NCBI GenBank assembly: GCA_044892525.1
Contig: CM097887.1
Span: 49,166,001-49,230,000 of the forward strand
Direction: 5' to 3'
Length of the DNA: 64,000 bases
Source of the DNA: Schmidtea polychroa
Taxonomy: Eukaryota
Shown in pieces: positions 13,951 through 27,314 of this stretch (positions within the stretch are counted from its first letter, which is position 1; each line of letters opens with the position of its first letter). The notes under the pieces are model-generated. The model searched no databases and had not been told where the DNA came from. It saw only the letters and a list, made by a program, of their open reading frames with translations. The position numbers were made by a program, and so were the translations under genes.

Positions 13951-16900
13951 ATGATTCCAAATGTCTTAAGCTTATTATTCGAACGAGTAATGCTTTTTAA
14001 AATATTATAATTTTATAGATATTATTAGATAAAACTTCTGCCAAATAATGAAATCATAAATTTAATTGAAAAAGAATCTATATTTACAATTCCTAAATTT
14101 ATTGATATTCTCATAGATTTATCATACAATCCTGAGCTTTCACCAAATTTTAATAATATAGAAGCAGAGCGCATTCTCCATTCAATGGTGAATTCCCAAG
14201 TAAATGAAATAATGCTGAAACATTTATTTGAATTACAAGGACCCATAAACGATGAGAAAGTTAAAACCATTAGGGTAAATAAAAAATTGAAGGAAATTTA
14301 TAATATAAATCTATTATAGGGAAATAAAATAATTAAAGCATTACCTAAATGGAAGCAGGATTGTTATGATTTATTGATTCGTCAAATTACAATTAAACCA
14401 AATGGACTATTTTCTTTAATTAAAACCCTTATTGAATTAATTGGTGGCAATAGAACTCCTGAATTGGCATTTATAATAGCAAAATGCATTTGCAAGCCTC
14501 CTTTGTCTAATCAAGAACAATATTATAAGGAAATTTCAGTCCAAGTTTGTCTGAAAGTTAATGGAGAAATTTGTCATTTTTATTTTTAGATAATAGATTT
14601 AATACAAGCTTCGAAACTCAGTAAAATATTTGATGAAAAATTCAATCAGAAAGAATTGCATCGAGAATATTTGCGCTTCGGTCACTGTGTTGGACTAGAA
14701 TGTGTTCATCTATACAGTTGCATAAATCGAGATTGGGCTTGTCGGTTTCTATTGGATCGGTTGTTTTCGGATGATTTAGTACGGATCTCGGATTTGAGTG
14801 AGATTTTGACGATGACATTTTAATTTCATATTAATTTATATAGATAAATATGTATTAAAAATATTGATTTATTTAAATAGCTTTATTTATTATTTTTCCT
14901 TTCTAATTATTTTTTGTTAACTATTTATATTAATTATTATTAATTAAATTAAATAATAATTATTTTTTATTAATTTTCATTTATTGATAATTGATATAGA
15001 TTATTTGAAATTATTTATTGATTACTAATATTAATTATTATTAATTAATTTTTTACTAATTATTTTATATTTTTTCAATATTAATTATGTTTCAATTATT
15101 AACTTATATTAAAAAAAATAATTATTTTTATTTTATTATTTTTATTAATTTCTATATTATTGATTTTTTTTATTAATTAAAATAGATTGATAATTGACAT
15201 TGATTATTTGAAATTATTTATTGATTACTAATATTAATTATTATTAATTAATTTTTTACTAATTATTTTATAATTTTTCAATATTAATTATGTTTCAATT
15301 AATAACTTATTAAAAAAATAATTATTTTTATTTTTTTTATTAATTTCTATATTATTGATTTTTTTATTAATTAAAAAAGATTGATAATCGACATTGATTT
15401 TTTGAAATTATTTATTGATTGCTAATATGAATTATTGATTAACGATATTAATGAAATGGGGCCCAGGAGAATATGTAAATGCATTAAACGGGCCACTGAA
15501 AATCATTTATGCAGTAGATTGACAATTCAACAACATTTATTCTAGACATCGAATCAAATTTTATGGAGCCGGAAATCGCCGTCGAGTCTCACAGTTTGAT
15601 GGATTGTTTAAATTTGATAAACGCGGTATATAGCTTTTTATATCCCAATATATATATATATATATATCGCAATTTCATAACTATTTCCCACAGCTTTTGA
15701 CCACCCATCAAACCTCACAATTTATCCATCGATGGTTTGCAAATTTTTCTCACATTTTCATCTTGATTTCCGATGCTGCTGACACTAATGAAGATAATAA
15801 ATTCAAGTGTGTTCCTTACATTTCTTTTGGTTGGTCCTTTAATTAATTGTCCGTCTAATAGGAAAGCCGCTAGGGAAATCGTTGTCCGCTTGATTGAATT
15901 GAGTCACAAGTCCGCTCATCACGATACACAGAAGTATATAAAAGCGCTCTGTCACCTGGATTCATTGGACGAGCCCCATTTCCTCCACGATAGACTCGTC
16001 ATTCGAATGAGTCTCGATAGGAGCTGTTTGGAAGTGGCTGTCAATATTGACACCTTTAACAGTAACGCAGTATCAAAGGAAGATAAAGAAATCTTGATCC
16101 TCGAAGAAATAGTTGATATCTTAAACAAATTGTCGGATTCAATCAAGAATGATGTCGTAAGTAGCCTGTGTATTTGGCTATTAGAGGTCTGACTGGGTGA
16201 TTGGTCATTGGCGATTGACATATTATTGGTTTAGCGTCGCATCGTTGCCACTAGCGATCCTGCTGTATTTCAATCGGACCTGTTAATGGGAACCAGAATC
16301 AATGAGCTCGAACAATCACGGAAGCTGCGTGACATCCTACTATCCCTGTTATCGACAAAAATGGAATCTAATTGCTTCACAAAAACGACGCCTATACTGA
16401 AATTTGCCCAAATCGCCATCGACCAATATTCCACGATGCTGACTAATTTGACTTTGGTTGAACCCGATAGTCGGGCTGGAATCAAGGAGAATGTCAATTA
16501 CGCATTGGGAATGATACAATTCGTATTGGAGAATGGAGAAGTAGCAATCGCAATTGAATTTATCGGTTGTTATTGATGAATCCAATTTCAGTTGAATCTC
16601 GATGACCAGGAGATCTGCAAACATTTGTTCCCGGTTCTGACGAATCTCATTGCGATTTATCCCAATGATCCTTTCACCGACGTCATCACTGACATATGTA
16701 CTGTCATCGCTACCAAAGGCTATGTTAATCCACTACTCGCGAAAAAGTCTCTTCTAATCGAAGAAATCGATGAAGTTGTTGATCCTGTTTTGGTGGAAGC
16801 ATTTGAGGCCGTGGAAGATCCGGAAATATCGTACAAGGCAGCAGGGTTAGCGAAACTGCATTTTTTACTCAAACAGAAAAACGAGTCCGCCATCCGGAAT

Positions 16901-18318
16901 AGGGTGAAAATCTATAACATTTTCTCTCACTATCTATTCCATTCCGATTCATTTATCTATGTGCGAGCAATCAAAGGCCTGGCGTTGCTAGTTGACCAAT
17001 TCACTGATAAATTGCTCCCGGTCATCGCCAGGAAGCTCACAAATTCAAGGGGCATTTTGCAAGTCGACCAATGGCTCACTCTTAGTGAGGTTTACATGCA
17101 GATCATCAGCAATCTCGGTAAGTCGCAATCATTATACATTTTTATAATTCCACATACAAATATTAAATTCTATTGAATAAATTAATGATAAAATAAATTA
17201 ATATCAAATTCTATTGAATCAATTAATGATAAAATAAATTAATATCAAATTCTATTGAATCAATTAATGATAAAATTAATTAATATCAAATATTAAATTC
17301 TATTGAATAAATTAATGATAAAATAAATTAATATCAAATTCTATTGAATCAATTAATGATAAAATTAATTAATATCAAATATTAAATTCTATTGAATCAA
17401 TTAATGATAAAATTAATTAATATCAAATATTAAATTCTATTGAATCAATTAATGATAAAATTAATTAATATCAAATATTAAATTCTATTGAATCAATTAA
17501 TGATAAAATTAATTAATATCAAATATTAAATTCTATTGAATAAATTAATGATAAAATTAATTAATATCAAATATTAAATTCTATTGAATAAATTAATGAT
17601 AAAATTAATTAATATTAAATATTAATTTCTATTGAATTAATTAATGAAAAAATTATTAGCAATTAATGGTGGCCGGAGAAAATATCACCGGACAAAATGT
17701 CATGGTATAAATGTTGAGGGTGATCAGTAACTTTGCGACCAATACACACAGGAGGACAAAATATTTTGTCGGATAAACTCTGAGTATGTATTCTATCATG
17801 CAATATATTCAGGCCAGTTAGCACCAGCTTATCGGGATCTAATTTTGAATTCCATTCTGCCACATTTGAGCGACAATGACGAGTTGATTAGGACCTCAGC
17901 TGTGACAAATCTTGGCGAGTTGTGTTGCCAATTGGAATACGCATTCAGTCCTGTGATGCATGAAATTGTCAGCGGGGTTTGCCGAATCCTGGAGAGCGAT
18001 TCTAGTGTTACGGTGAAGGTCGCATGTTCAATAATGATTCGCAAGCTGCTATTGGGCAAGATGGACAATGCGACTGGTGGGCCTCGACCGGAAATTGTTC
18101 AACTGTCTTCGGTTTTGACATTGATCCGAGAATCATTGATTCGTGTTTGTCGCGATGAAACCGATGAGCTCGTGCTGGACCATGTCTCAGTTGCAAATCG
18201 CGCTTTGGTTGATGCTATCAAATCGGTGCCCTTCTATGCAGCTTCTAGTCAATATGAGCGGACTATTCGAGTAGGAAATTTAGACGTGTCGTACAATTAT
18301 AGGAAATTGAACATGTGA
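13951..18318 (+). CDS. TANGO6: Transport and Golgi organization 6 / Rtp1-like ARM-repeat protein; probable exons 13951-13986, 14029-14274, 14320-14544, 14590-14797, 15546-15625, 15694-15806, 15862-16156 (or -16186), 16235-16540, 16592-17117, 17813-18318
   Basis: PKWKQDCYDLLIRQITIKPNGL...QYYKEISVQ, FLHDRL, DSFIYVRAIKGLALL and DELIRTSAVTNLGELC resemble TANGO6/Rtp1 blocks. The listed GT-AG introns are phase-compatible. Exon boundaries between 14797 and 15694 are less certain. Confidence 0.75.
17150..17650. repeat. Intronic AT-rich minisatellite, ~38-47-bp unit, about 11 copies
   Basis: Repeated aatatcaaat(attaaat)tctattgaat(c/a)aattaatgataaaa(t/a)taatt. Confidence 0.9.
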
Positions 18319-18553
18319 AAGATTTGATAAATAAATATATTACCAGATTTTTTGCTTTGTTTTGATATTTCATGTTATTTGGCTTTTGGAGTGAAATTTT
18401 TAAGTAATTTGTTTAAATGAAGTGAATTTTGCAATTTTTATTTAATCAATTTAAATAAATCAAATAAGATATTTTGTTTAACCTTTTTTGAACCATACAT
18501 AAATTAAAATACTAATTCAAATTTAATTTTTATTTTTATAAAACAAATAATTT

Positions 18554-18832
18554 TGTTTCAATTATTAACTTATATTAAAAAAAATAATTATTTTTATTTT
18601 TTATTAATTTTTATATTGAATTTTTATTAATTTATTAATTAAAAATGATTGATAATCGACATTGATTTTTTGAAATTATTTATTGATTACTACTATTAAC
18701 TATTGATTAACGATATTAATGAAATGGGGGCCAGGAGAATATGTAAATACACTAAATTTTATGGAGCCGGAAATCGTCGTCGAGTCTCACAGTTTGATGG
18801 ATTGTTAAAATTTGATAAACGCCGAATATACC
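18554..18832 (+). repeat. Partial duplicate of TANGO6 intron plus exon sequence (15291-15624)
   Basis: Shares tgtttcaatt...gattgataatcgacattgatttttt...aatgaaatgggg(c/g)ccaggagaatatgtaaat...ttttatggagccggaaatcg(c/t)cgtcgagtctcacagtttgatggattg. This copy has an internal deletion of ~70 bp. Confidence 0.85.
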
Positions 18833-19019
18833 TTCGAATTTTTTCAAAGTTTCTAAAATAACGTTTTTTCGAAAAATAAAACAAAATAACAAAACGGACA
18901 GATGAGTCCGAATTTCTCATTTTATTTTATTTTGTCATTTTATGTAAAAAAATATTTATGAAGTATAAACAAATTAAGAAAATGACTCTTACAGTGTTGC
19001 TATAAATATGAATAGAGGT

Positions 19020-19330
19020 TTGAATGAGGAACAAATTCGTCCTGCAATTGAAGTAGAATCAGATTTAGAAATGAACATTCTATTGCAGAAGAAAATTCTG
19101 ATGTGGATTCGGTATCAGATAGAGAAGCAAAAAAGGTATTAGTGCTGCTCATTTGCCAGTTATAAATGAAGTATCACAAAACACTAACGAAGAAAACTGC
19201 GAAGAAACGACGTCGACATTGATAGATCAACGAAAGAAGAAACGTTTTTACATATGCCCGAATGCAATTGGCCGTAGATCCAAGCAGTATTGCGTCATTT
19301 GAAACAGGAATGTATGCAAAGAACATTCAC
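19020..19330 (+). mobile_element. piggyBac-like transposase relic (acidic N-terminal piece and C-terminal Cys-rich domain)
   Basis: KRFYICPNAIGRRSKQYCVI*NRNVCKEHS resembles the piggyBac C-terminal cysteine-rich domain. The catalytic core is absent. Confidence 0.45.
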
Positions 19331-21516
19331 AAAATACAGTTCTTTGCAAAAATTGCTTTAAAAAATAATAATTTGTGTTGTATGTATTTTTTGTATTTGA
19401 TAAGTTCAATGTTCCTGTTTTTATGAATTAATTAAAAAAATGTTTAACCCCAAAGCTGTGCAGTCGGAATCTTAAAAATCTGACTGACTCCTACTGTCGT
19501 TATTTTCTTTAATGAATAATGTTAAGGTATTTATCAAAGCGATAAAACCAATGTAAAATCATCCAATATAAAATCGATAAATAATCAAATTAATGTTAAA
19601 AAATAGTTAAATATACACAAGAGATATGACAAGATCACACGAAGTTTTAGATAGTTAATTCTGTAGAAGTGACTGACTGATTTTGGTTGTACGATCCATC
19701 TGAATTATTCAATTGACTAGCTTGGGGTCTTCTGATTAGCTCTTTCGCTATATACATTCACCCTAAATTTGTTTGGGCCAGTCCTATAGTCACTTGTTAG
19801 GACAAATGTATTAATGGGCTTGCCCTTGTCATCTAAAATTTCAATGAATGCTATTACACCAAACACCACTGAGATACATTCTCTATAGTGGTGGTTGGCG
19901 TGTAAAGCAATTCACTCACTGTATTTACCGATTGGCTATATTTACCAATTAATCATCATCAATTTGAATATGAATTTGATGTTTTTTGGAAATTTATTTT
20001 AGCCATTTTAGAAATGGCTTTCAGGTAAGATATTTAATTTTAAGTAAAGTTTAAGTCTTGAATTTTGATCCATATAGATATGAGATCATTATTCAAGTTC
20101 TTAAATATTACTTTTAATCAACAATATAATTATAAATTATTTTTAATTAATTTTCAGGCTTTTTAGGAATTTTATGTCTTTTACTAAAGTATTTTGGAAT
20201 TATTTCGAAAAAATGTGAGTCCAATATATTTTTAATTATAATTAATTAAATAAATCAATCAATGTATTTTTTTAAAACATTTTGGGAAAAATCGCTGATT
20301 AGAATAATTTTTGTAATTTTTTTTCTGAGCTCAATATGAGGGGATTCTTAAAGGAAATCAAATCTGGAGTAAAAAGATTTTGAACCAAATTCATCTGCTC
20401 TTGATATTTTCATTAAAAATATAATTTAAAAAATTTTCAACGATCTTTTTTTTCTAAAAATTGTCTAAAATAGAATTATTATAGAAACGTATCTCATCGT
20501 TACAATTTTACGAATCAAAAGTTTGTATGTATTTTTTATTATGTGTTGTGCTTGTGTGCATTTTTTAATTTTCCTTCCACTTTTCAGATTTCTATAATAT
20601 AAGATGTATCTCATTGAGCTATAAATGAGAACATCAACGTGAAATCAAAGTAAGTATGTATGTTTCTATAATGTAAGATTATTGATTTTTTTGTTATATT
20701 ATAGGAAATGCATCTCAGTGGTGTTTGGTGTATGAATGCTATTATGTTGCGTGTGTACTTGTATGCATGTTTATATATTTCTATTTTTGTATGCGTAAGG
20801 AAATCTGTAGTACCTAGCAGTGTCACCTCTAAAAATTGTGTCGGGACAGCTAGGGTGAATGTATGTATTACCACAAATAACAACAATAATAATTAATATA
20901 ACTTTTATTAAGATAACAAAGAAAATAATACGCACATTAGACACAACTAATAGAATATCTCTCGTCTATGAAGTTCCTCCATTTGTTAATCAAACAATAA
21001 TTTCAACCTGGGGAACGATTATTCTGTAATTCCCCAATCTCTAACTTGAGTATGGCTTATTCTTTTTTAATCAGGAAACGGTAAATTGTTGTTAGGTTTT
21101 ATAAATTTTGCTTTCCCTTCTATTACTTTCCTTTAGTCTTTCCTGTATTCTTACCTGTCACTTTATTTAATTTATTCAATTTAGTTTCTTTTGCTTTATT
21201 AATAAGACTTCTTTTATCCTTTTGGTGATATTGATTTTTTTTAATTTAAAATATTTTAAAATTCTCTATAGTAATAGTTTACTATAGAGAATTAACTATA
21301 TAGTTTGTTATTTCTGTTCGATAGATCTCGAACAAGAAAACGTTAACAGACCACAACCTATATTTACAGTTTCGTGGAAAATAATAAAAATAAACATATC
21401 AACACACTACAAATGGATTAGATTCAGAATTCTGGAAAGGCATTATGTGGAACAATTTTTCGTAAGCAGTATCATTTATTTTGCTTACATATAACAATGA
21501 TTCCTTTTCTTGTTAC

Positions 21517-22209
21517 GGTATAAGTATACAATAGGGGGGCCNNNNNNNNNNNNNNNNNNNNNNNNNNNNNNNNNNNNNNNNNNNNNNNNNNNNNNNNNNN
21601 NNNNNNNNNNNNNNNNNNNNNNNNNNNNNNNNNNNNNNNNNNNNNNNNNNNNNNNNNNNNNNNNNNNNNNNNNNNNNNNNNNNNNNNNNNNNNNNNNNNN
21701 NNNNNNNNNNNNNNNNNNNNNNNNNNNNTTGTGAGGCCATGAATTTAAAGCAAATATATGAACTTTCAAGAGACACACTGTCTTTGATAAGACATTGCCA
21801 AAGTGTAGGTTTGTTACGAGCCGATCCAACCTGCGCGAGATGCGGGCGTATGTACACCAGTGGGTGAATCACTCGGAACACTTTATTGATCCCCTAACCG
21901 GCGTTAACACCAATGGAATAGAAGGTTCGTGGGCCTTATGTAAAAGGAAATTTAAGTATATGTTTGGGACTAGATGTAGCTTCATTCCTTCGTACTTAGA
22001 TGAATTCATGTGGAGAAGAAGATTTTGTCGAAATGAGCGTGCGTTTGATGTATTAATCAATCAAATACGTGAAAAATATGATTTTGGTGGTGTGTAATAC
22101 CAAGTAAATATAAACGTAACTATGTTTTAATTACTTTAATATATTTAAATATTTATATCTATATATCTTTATTTATAAAAAAGTGGCCCCCCTATTGTAT
22201 ACTTATACC
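21517..22209 (+). mobile_element. Merlin (IS1016/ISXO2-like) DNA transposon; spans a 187-N gap
   Basis: Perfect 25-bp TIRs GGTATAAGTATACAATAGGGGGGCC (21517-21541 and 22185-22209) and a perfect 8-bp TSD CTTGTTAC. Transposase C-terminus VNHSEHFIDPLTGVNTNGIEGSW...SYLDEFMWR. Confidence 0.93.
21542..21728. other. Assembly gap (187 N)
   Basis: Run of N. Confidence 1.
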
Positions 22210-22626
22210 CTTGTTACTTCTTCATTCATCGTTTGGTGGATGCGTTTGAGTGTTTTGTGGTCACAAAATATTATATAACTTCTGTGATAATGGTGGAAAT
22301 TGCAATGATTAAATTTACGTTTTTTAATTAATTAAAAATATTAATTTTATTATTTTATCGGATTTAATTTTGTCTAGTGAATTTAAAAATTGAGGACCCT
22401 CCTTATGAATATAAATGAGAAATCTGTGGTGAAAAATTTCTGTTTATTCGGAAAAGAAGCCAACAAGAAAAGTAGATCATCAAATATGAAAGTCACCTGC
22501 AAGCCATCACTGTAGTTTGTTGAAAATATATATCACTTTTTTTATAATAAAAGTAAGACTTTGGAATAATCATGAAAAATCTTTCCTTGTCCAAACAACT
22601 TTGATATCTTTCTTCCAACGTCTTCA

Positions 22627-23973
22627 TTATGCTCTATTTATGTTTATTTCGTGACATACTTCTTGCTCTTGTTATTTATTTTTATGTTTTATCACTGGTG
22701 ATTCTTTGCGTATTCTGATGGAATCCTTTTTCTGTTTTTCGTTGTAGTGGTCTGGATTCTCTGAAAACCACTCTAGATGACTGAAGAAAGTGTATATTTG
22801 CTTATATTGCACCCTAGATTTTTAAAAAGAGAGCATGTTTTTCCAAAATTCATCATAATTATCAGCTCTATAATTTCCCAATAAATTCTTCAACACTGCT
22901 ACATTACAGTGCCAGGAGGAAGCCATATCAACATTCATGGAAGTGATGAAACTGGTATCACTGATGAGCTTGGAAATTTGAGGATCTTCGAATACTCCTG
23001 CTTTCAATTTTTCATTTCAAAGTCCAGGCAGTGCTTTACACAAGTATTTGAAGTATTTTTTCAAGACCTACTTTAACTGTTTAAACAAACCAAGTTTGAT
23101 GAAAAGCGGTGGCAAACTGAGTGGTTCGTGGATGATGTTAACTGTTATGACACTCATGTTTTCTCTTTCTTTGAACTATATGCATATAAAACCAGGATAC
23201 TTGGTATATCATTTTGTTCTCCAAATAGAAAGTTCATCATCTTCAAATTTACATAAAAGAAGGAGTGTTCATGATAAGAAAGTTTTTACAATATCATTTT
23301 GATATTTTGATACTCTTCTTTTAGTAAGGCTGAATGAAAAAGTGAGGTAGATGTGTATTAACTACTATTGTGGAGTAAGACATACTTTAAACTCCTGGTG
23401 GATCAGTCAGTGAATAGTCACCAATTATTCTTTTTGACTGAAATATCGTAGAAACTTCTGTTATCTGATTCGATAGGTTGTTAACCAGTTATGAAATAGT
23501 TCATCTCAAAATTGTTTCCATATTCGCCTCAATTCGCACTGTCTGAGCTCTACGTCTTACTCTTGCATTTCTTCTGTATCTATGAAGTCAGGTAATGAAG
23601 TAGATACATGGATGGTAACGCTGATATATAATTGATATACTTCATCTTGACGTTCTTAAATCGATTATAGTCTTTAACGTCGACAAAATAAAAATAGAAA
23701 TTGTCATGGTGATTTTGCTGCTTCTTCATACCATAAGAACGCCAAACTTTTATTGGACAAAACTGATGTTGACCAAGAGTAAATAGAAATATTTGATCAA
23801 AATGGAAGGAAAATAGCATGCATTCACAACTTTAAATGGGTATAAAATTTAAACACGCAAAAAATCATCAAATAACCACGAAAACGAAAAAACATAATAT
23901 CAAAATGATAAAACATAAAAATAAATAACAAGACCAAGAAGTATATCACGAAATAAACATAAATAGATCATAA
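22627..23973 (-). mobile_element. Degenerate DNA transposon with ~65-bp inverted repeats; superfamily not assigned
   Basis: 22627-22693 is the inverted counterpart of 23906-23973. Internal relics QNHHDNFYFYFVDVKDYNRFK and KAGVFEDPQISKLI...KNLLGNYRADNY resemble a widespread invertebrate transposase family (NHxDDCYFC, GVFxGPQI). Confidence 0.6.
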
Positions 23974-26229
23974 ATAAATAACATGAATAACACAAATTCG
24001 AATTCAAGTCGATGAAGGAAAATAGAAGTTAAAAATAAAATATTATTGGAAAATAATACAAAAAATAAATGAAAATTATATGGATAAAACGATTAAAATT
24101 GATAAAAGTATCGAGAAAATGGCAAAATCCAAAATCGCACCGAAACCAAATAAACAACTTAATGAAATAAAAAAGTTTAGAAAAATTATTTATCAAAAAA
24201 TAATATAAATAATAGGAATTAAAATTAATGAAAATTTATACGCAAAACTATTAAAAGAATATAGAATATTCTAAAAAATGGCTATATCCGTCATCGCGTA
24301 GAAAATAATAAATATTAGATAAAATATAAAAATTATGAAATAAATTAAATAATAAAAAAATTTCGAATTTGTTTTACTGCATCAAAAATGCACACATACT
24401 CGCACAATGAATTCAGGGTATTTAAGCAAGCGCATCTTATTCAGAATTTAATTAAATTTTGAACGAAAATTTTGTAATAAGTTGAAGTAGACGAGTTTTG
24501 TTATATTAAGTAGTTTTTGTACTACGTGATGTAGAATTAATGTAATACTATTAAATTTGTTTTGGTTTTAGGATTTTGTTTTCTATTACGAGGAATCATT
24601 GTCGAAAACTTAAACTAACCTACAGTTATTACAAACATTTTTGGCCCACAGCCTAACACAAGCAAACTAGGAAACTTACTTACACATTTGACTCAGGAAG
24701 TGGGATAGTTTAATTGTTGCAGATCACATGGTAAAGTCTTGTGACACAATGGTCGAAGGCAAAATGAAGGATGGAAAGTTTACTAGTGAAATGCCGGGTT
24801 ATGCTATAACACTTGCATTCAGGTAAGTCGAGCAATTTTGTAACATTAACATTCAAGTTTAACTTATACAGGAAGATCTGGACATCGCGGCTAGTCTTTA
24901 GGTTTGTCCGTGCTTACCAAAGTCTTAATATAGAACACTATGAGCTATGTGAGTTGAGCAATTTAAAATTAAAAAAACTTAAAATCTTAACAATTTATGG
25001 TACAATGATACAGAAAGTAATAAATTTATAAATTAGGTTTTGTAAAATCGAAAAACAAATTTAAATTGCATGAATTAATTGAATTATATTGCCAGTTGCG
25101 ATACTCAATCGCGATACTCAGATATAAATTCCAGTTACAGAATTAAAAGTAACGACCAAATCTACGCTTCTAGAATCGAGCAGGAACCGACATATAAGCG
25201 ATAAATTATACATTCAGATTCAAGAAGATGCATAATAGAATTTTAGGCACTAACGAGTAATAGAATAATAGAGAATCTAGGAAATTGTTATAAAACACCG
25301 TACTGGGGAAAGTAATAGCTGACTTCAATTTGTAACAATTGTAATAAAATAAATAATAAAACTAGAGCAAAATTCATAGATGACTGAGTCACACGAACGA
25401 CATATTTAAAACACAAAACGGCAGTTCATAACACCAATCTATCACAAATCAAGGACTGAATAACAAACCGAGAAAAATCATAAAGTAACGTACTCAGTGG
25501 ATATCATAATCGACCTGTTCAGTAGGACGTCAAATCCACGATTCGAGATGATTGATATGATGATATTCGTATTAGCACGCTTGACGATTGTACCACCAAA
25601 ATAGCTCAGAAATCATGATAATGCAAAGTAGGCCTAGAGTCGCCAATAATTGTTTAGCACGATTTAAAAAAAGCGATTACGAGTCAATCATAAATAATAC
25701 AATCAATAATCTTGAAGATCTTGTGCCAGGAAGCCAGGATGAATAATTACAGCATATACACTTCAGTAAGAAATACATCAGTAACACAATTTTTCCAGTT
25801 AGCAGTAAGATAGTCGAACACACAGTGGGATAGAGAATTTTCCGGTGGCTAACTAGCGCAGATCGAGAAGTAATAATAGAATTCGAGTGCCAACTGTTGT
25901 AGATATAAAATAGATATAATTTAGTAAAACCATATACTTTTTACACTGAATTTAATAATTATCATGGACCTAAAATGAAGCGGACAATTACCTTCTATCG
26001 GTGGTCCGTGAACCCGCTCGGGTACTTGCCGATTATTGTGCACTAATTAATTAACGTAATTAACGAACTAGACTGATATATAACCAATAAAAATGCATTT
26101 TAATAAATACCATGTCACTTTAAATAGACAAATTGTTATTAGACTCAGTGAGGAATAGCACTTGCGTATAACACCGAATTGAAAGATCACTAATTACTGA
26201 TTGGTTTATCAACTGGGACTTTGAGCTGT

Positions 26230-26915
26230 TTGTTTTCTTTGATATTCTTCACAAATACTCAAGTAACTTCTTTTCGTTTAATTTTCACCAAATTCTTTTC
26301 TCAAATCTTCTCCAATAATAATTCTTCACAATTATTTTCTTTACAATTCTTTTTCACAAATCGTTTCTCCAATAACGTTTCATCCAACGTTGTCTAATTT
26401 TTCCTATAATTTTCTCCCGAATTGTCTCTTAAATTGTCTTTCGAATTGTCTCTCGAATTATCTCCCAAATTGTCTGAATTTGTGGCCACCAGTTTCCCTT
26501 TATGTAGTTATTTTATTTGTGGTACTGGCGACAGATTCTGTTTTCCATTTTCCTTTTCCTCTACGCCAGCCGTATCTCTGACGGATATCAAGATATTTTT
26601 CCATTTTACTTTTTTTCTTAAGCCGCCTTCTCCCGACAATTTCGCTATCTTTGACAAGTTGTCAAGATACGGCTTTTTCCCATTTTTTGTTTTTCTGGAA
26701 TTTGAAATTCCACCTTCATTTGCACTTCTTAATTGATAATGACATTTGTTTTAATTTCTTGTTTGTTTTCTTTTCTTTGATTTATCTTTTTCATTTTTAA
26801 TTTCTTTTTACTTCCATTTTCTTTTCTGAGTTCCCATAGATCGTCCCGTTTGACATGGCAGGTAATTTATGTAATTTATTTATTTATTATGTTATTTTTC
26901 ATTTAGGTATCCTCA
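26230..26915. repeat. Dispersed repeat, diverged copy of 7700-8270
   Basis: Long shared blocks visible by eye (see the 7085-8387 feature). Confidence 0.8.
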
Positions 26916-27113
26916 ATAGATGTTTGACACCAGTTTTTTTTAAATTTATTTATTCATTATAATTTATATATTGTCTAGATTTTTCGATTGTTTTTATTAT
27001 TATTAAACGAAAGACGGAGAGAGCCAGACATTTATGCTAAATAAAAACAACTTACTTATGTGTTAGGGCAATAATTAATTAAATGCATTTGAAAAAAAAT
27101 TAAACTTATTATT

Positions 27114-27314
27114 CTATTTAAACAAAGTTAATCTAAACCATTTAATCCTAGTACCATTTTGTCCGTACCATTTCGTCCATACCATTTTGTCCGTACCATT
27201 TTGTCCAACACCATTTTGTCCTAGAACCCTCCTGTTTTGTCCAAGAGTATATTCTCCATATAAGTAACAAAATGAATACGGATAATTTAAGCAGGATCTT
27301 CCCGATGATTCCAC
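27114..27314 (-). mobile_element. N-terminal fragment of the same unassigned transposase family, with an internal tandem repeat
   Basis: RSCLNYPYSFCYLYGEYT (cf. CxNxPxxFCYICGEYT). (gt)accattttgtcc occurs 4 times at 27151-27222. Confidence 0.5.

Noticed and set aside
17660-17784. Possible extra TANGO6 exon (AG at 17659, GTATGT at ~17784)
   Set aside because: Stops occur in all three frames, and the 17117-to-17813 splice already restores the conserved peptide.
21729-22097. Bacterial IS1595 contamination
   Set aside because: The element is integrated with a TSD in AT-rich eukaryotic DNA; Merlin is the eukaryotic counterpart.
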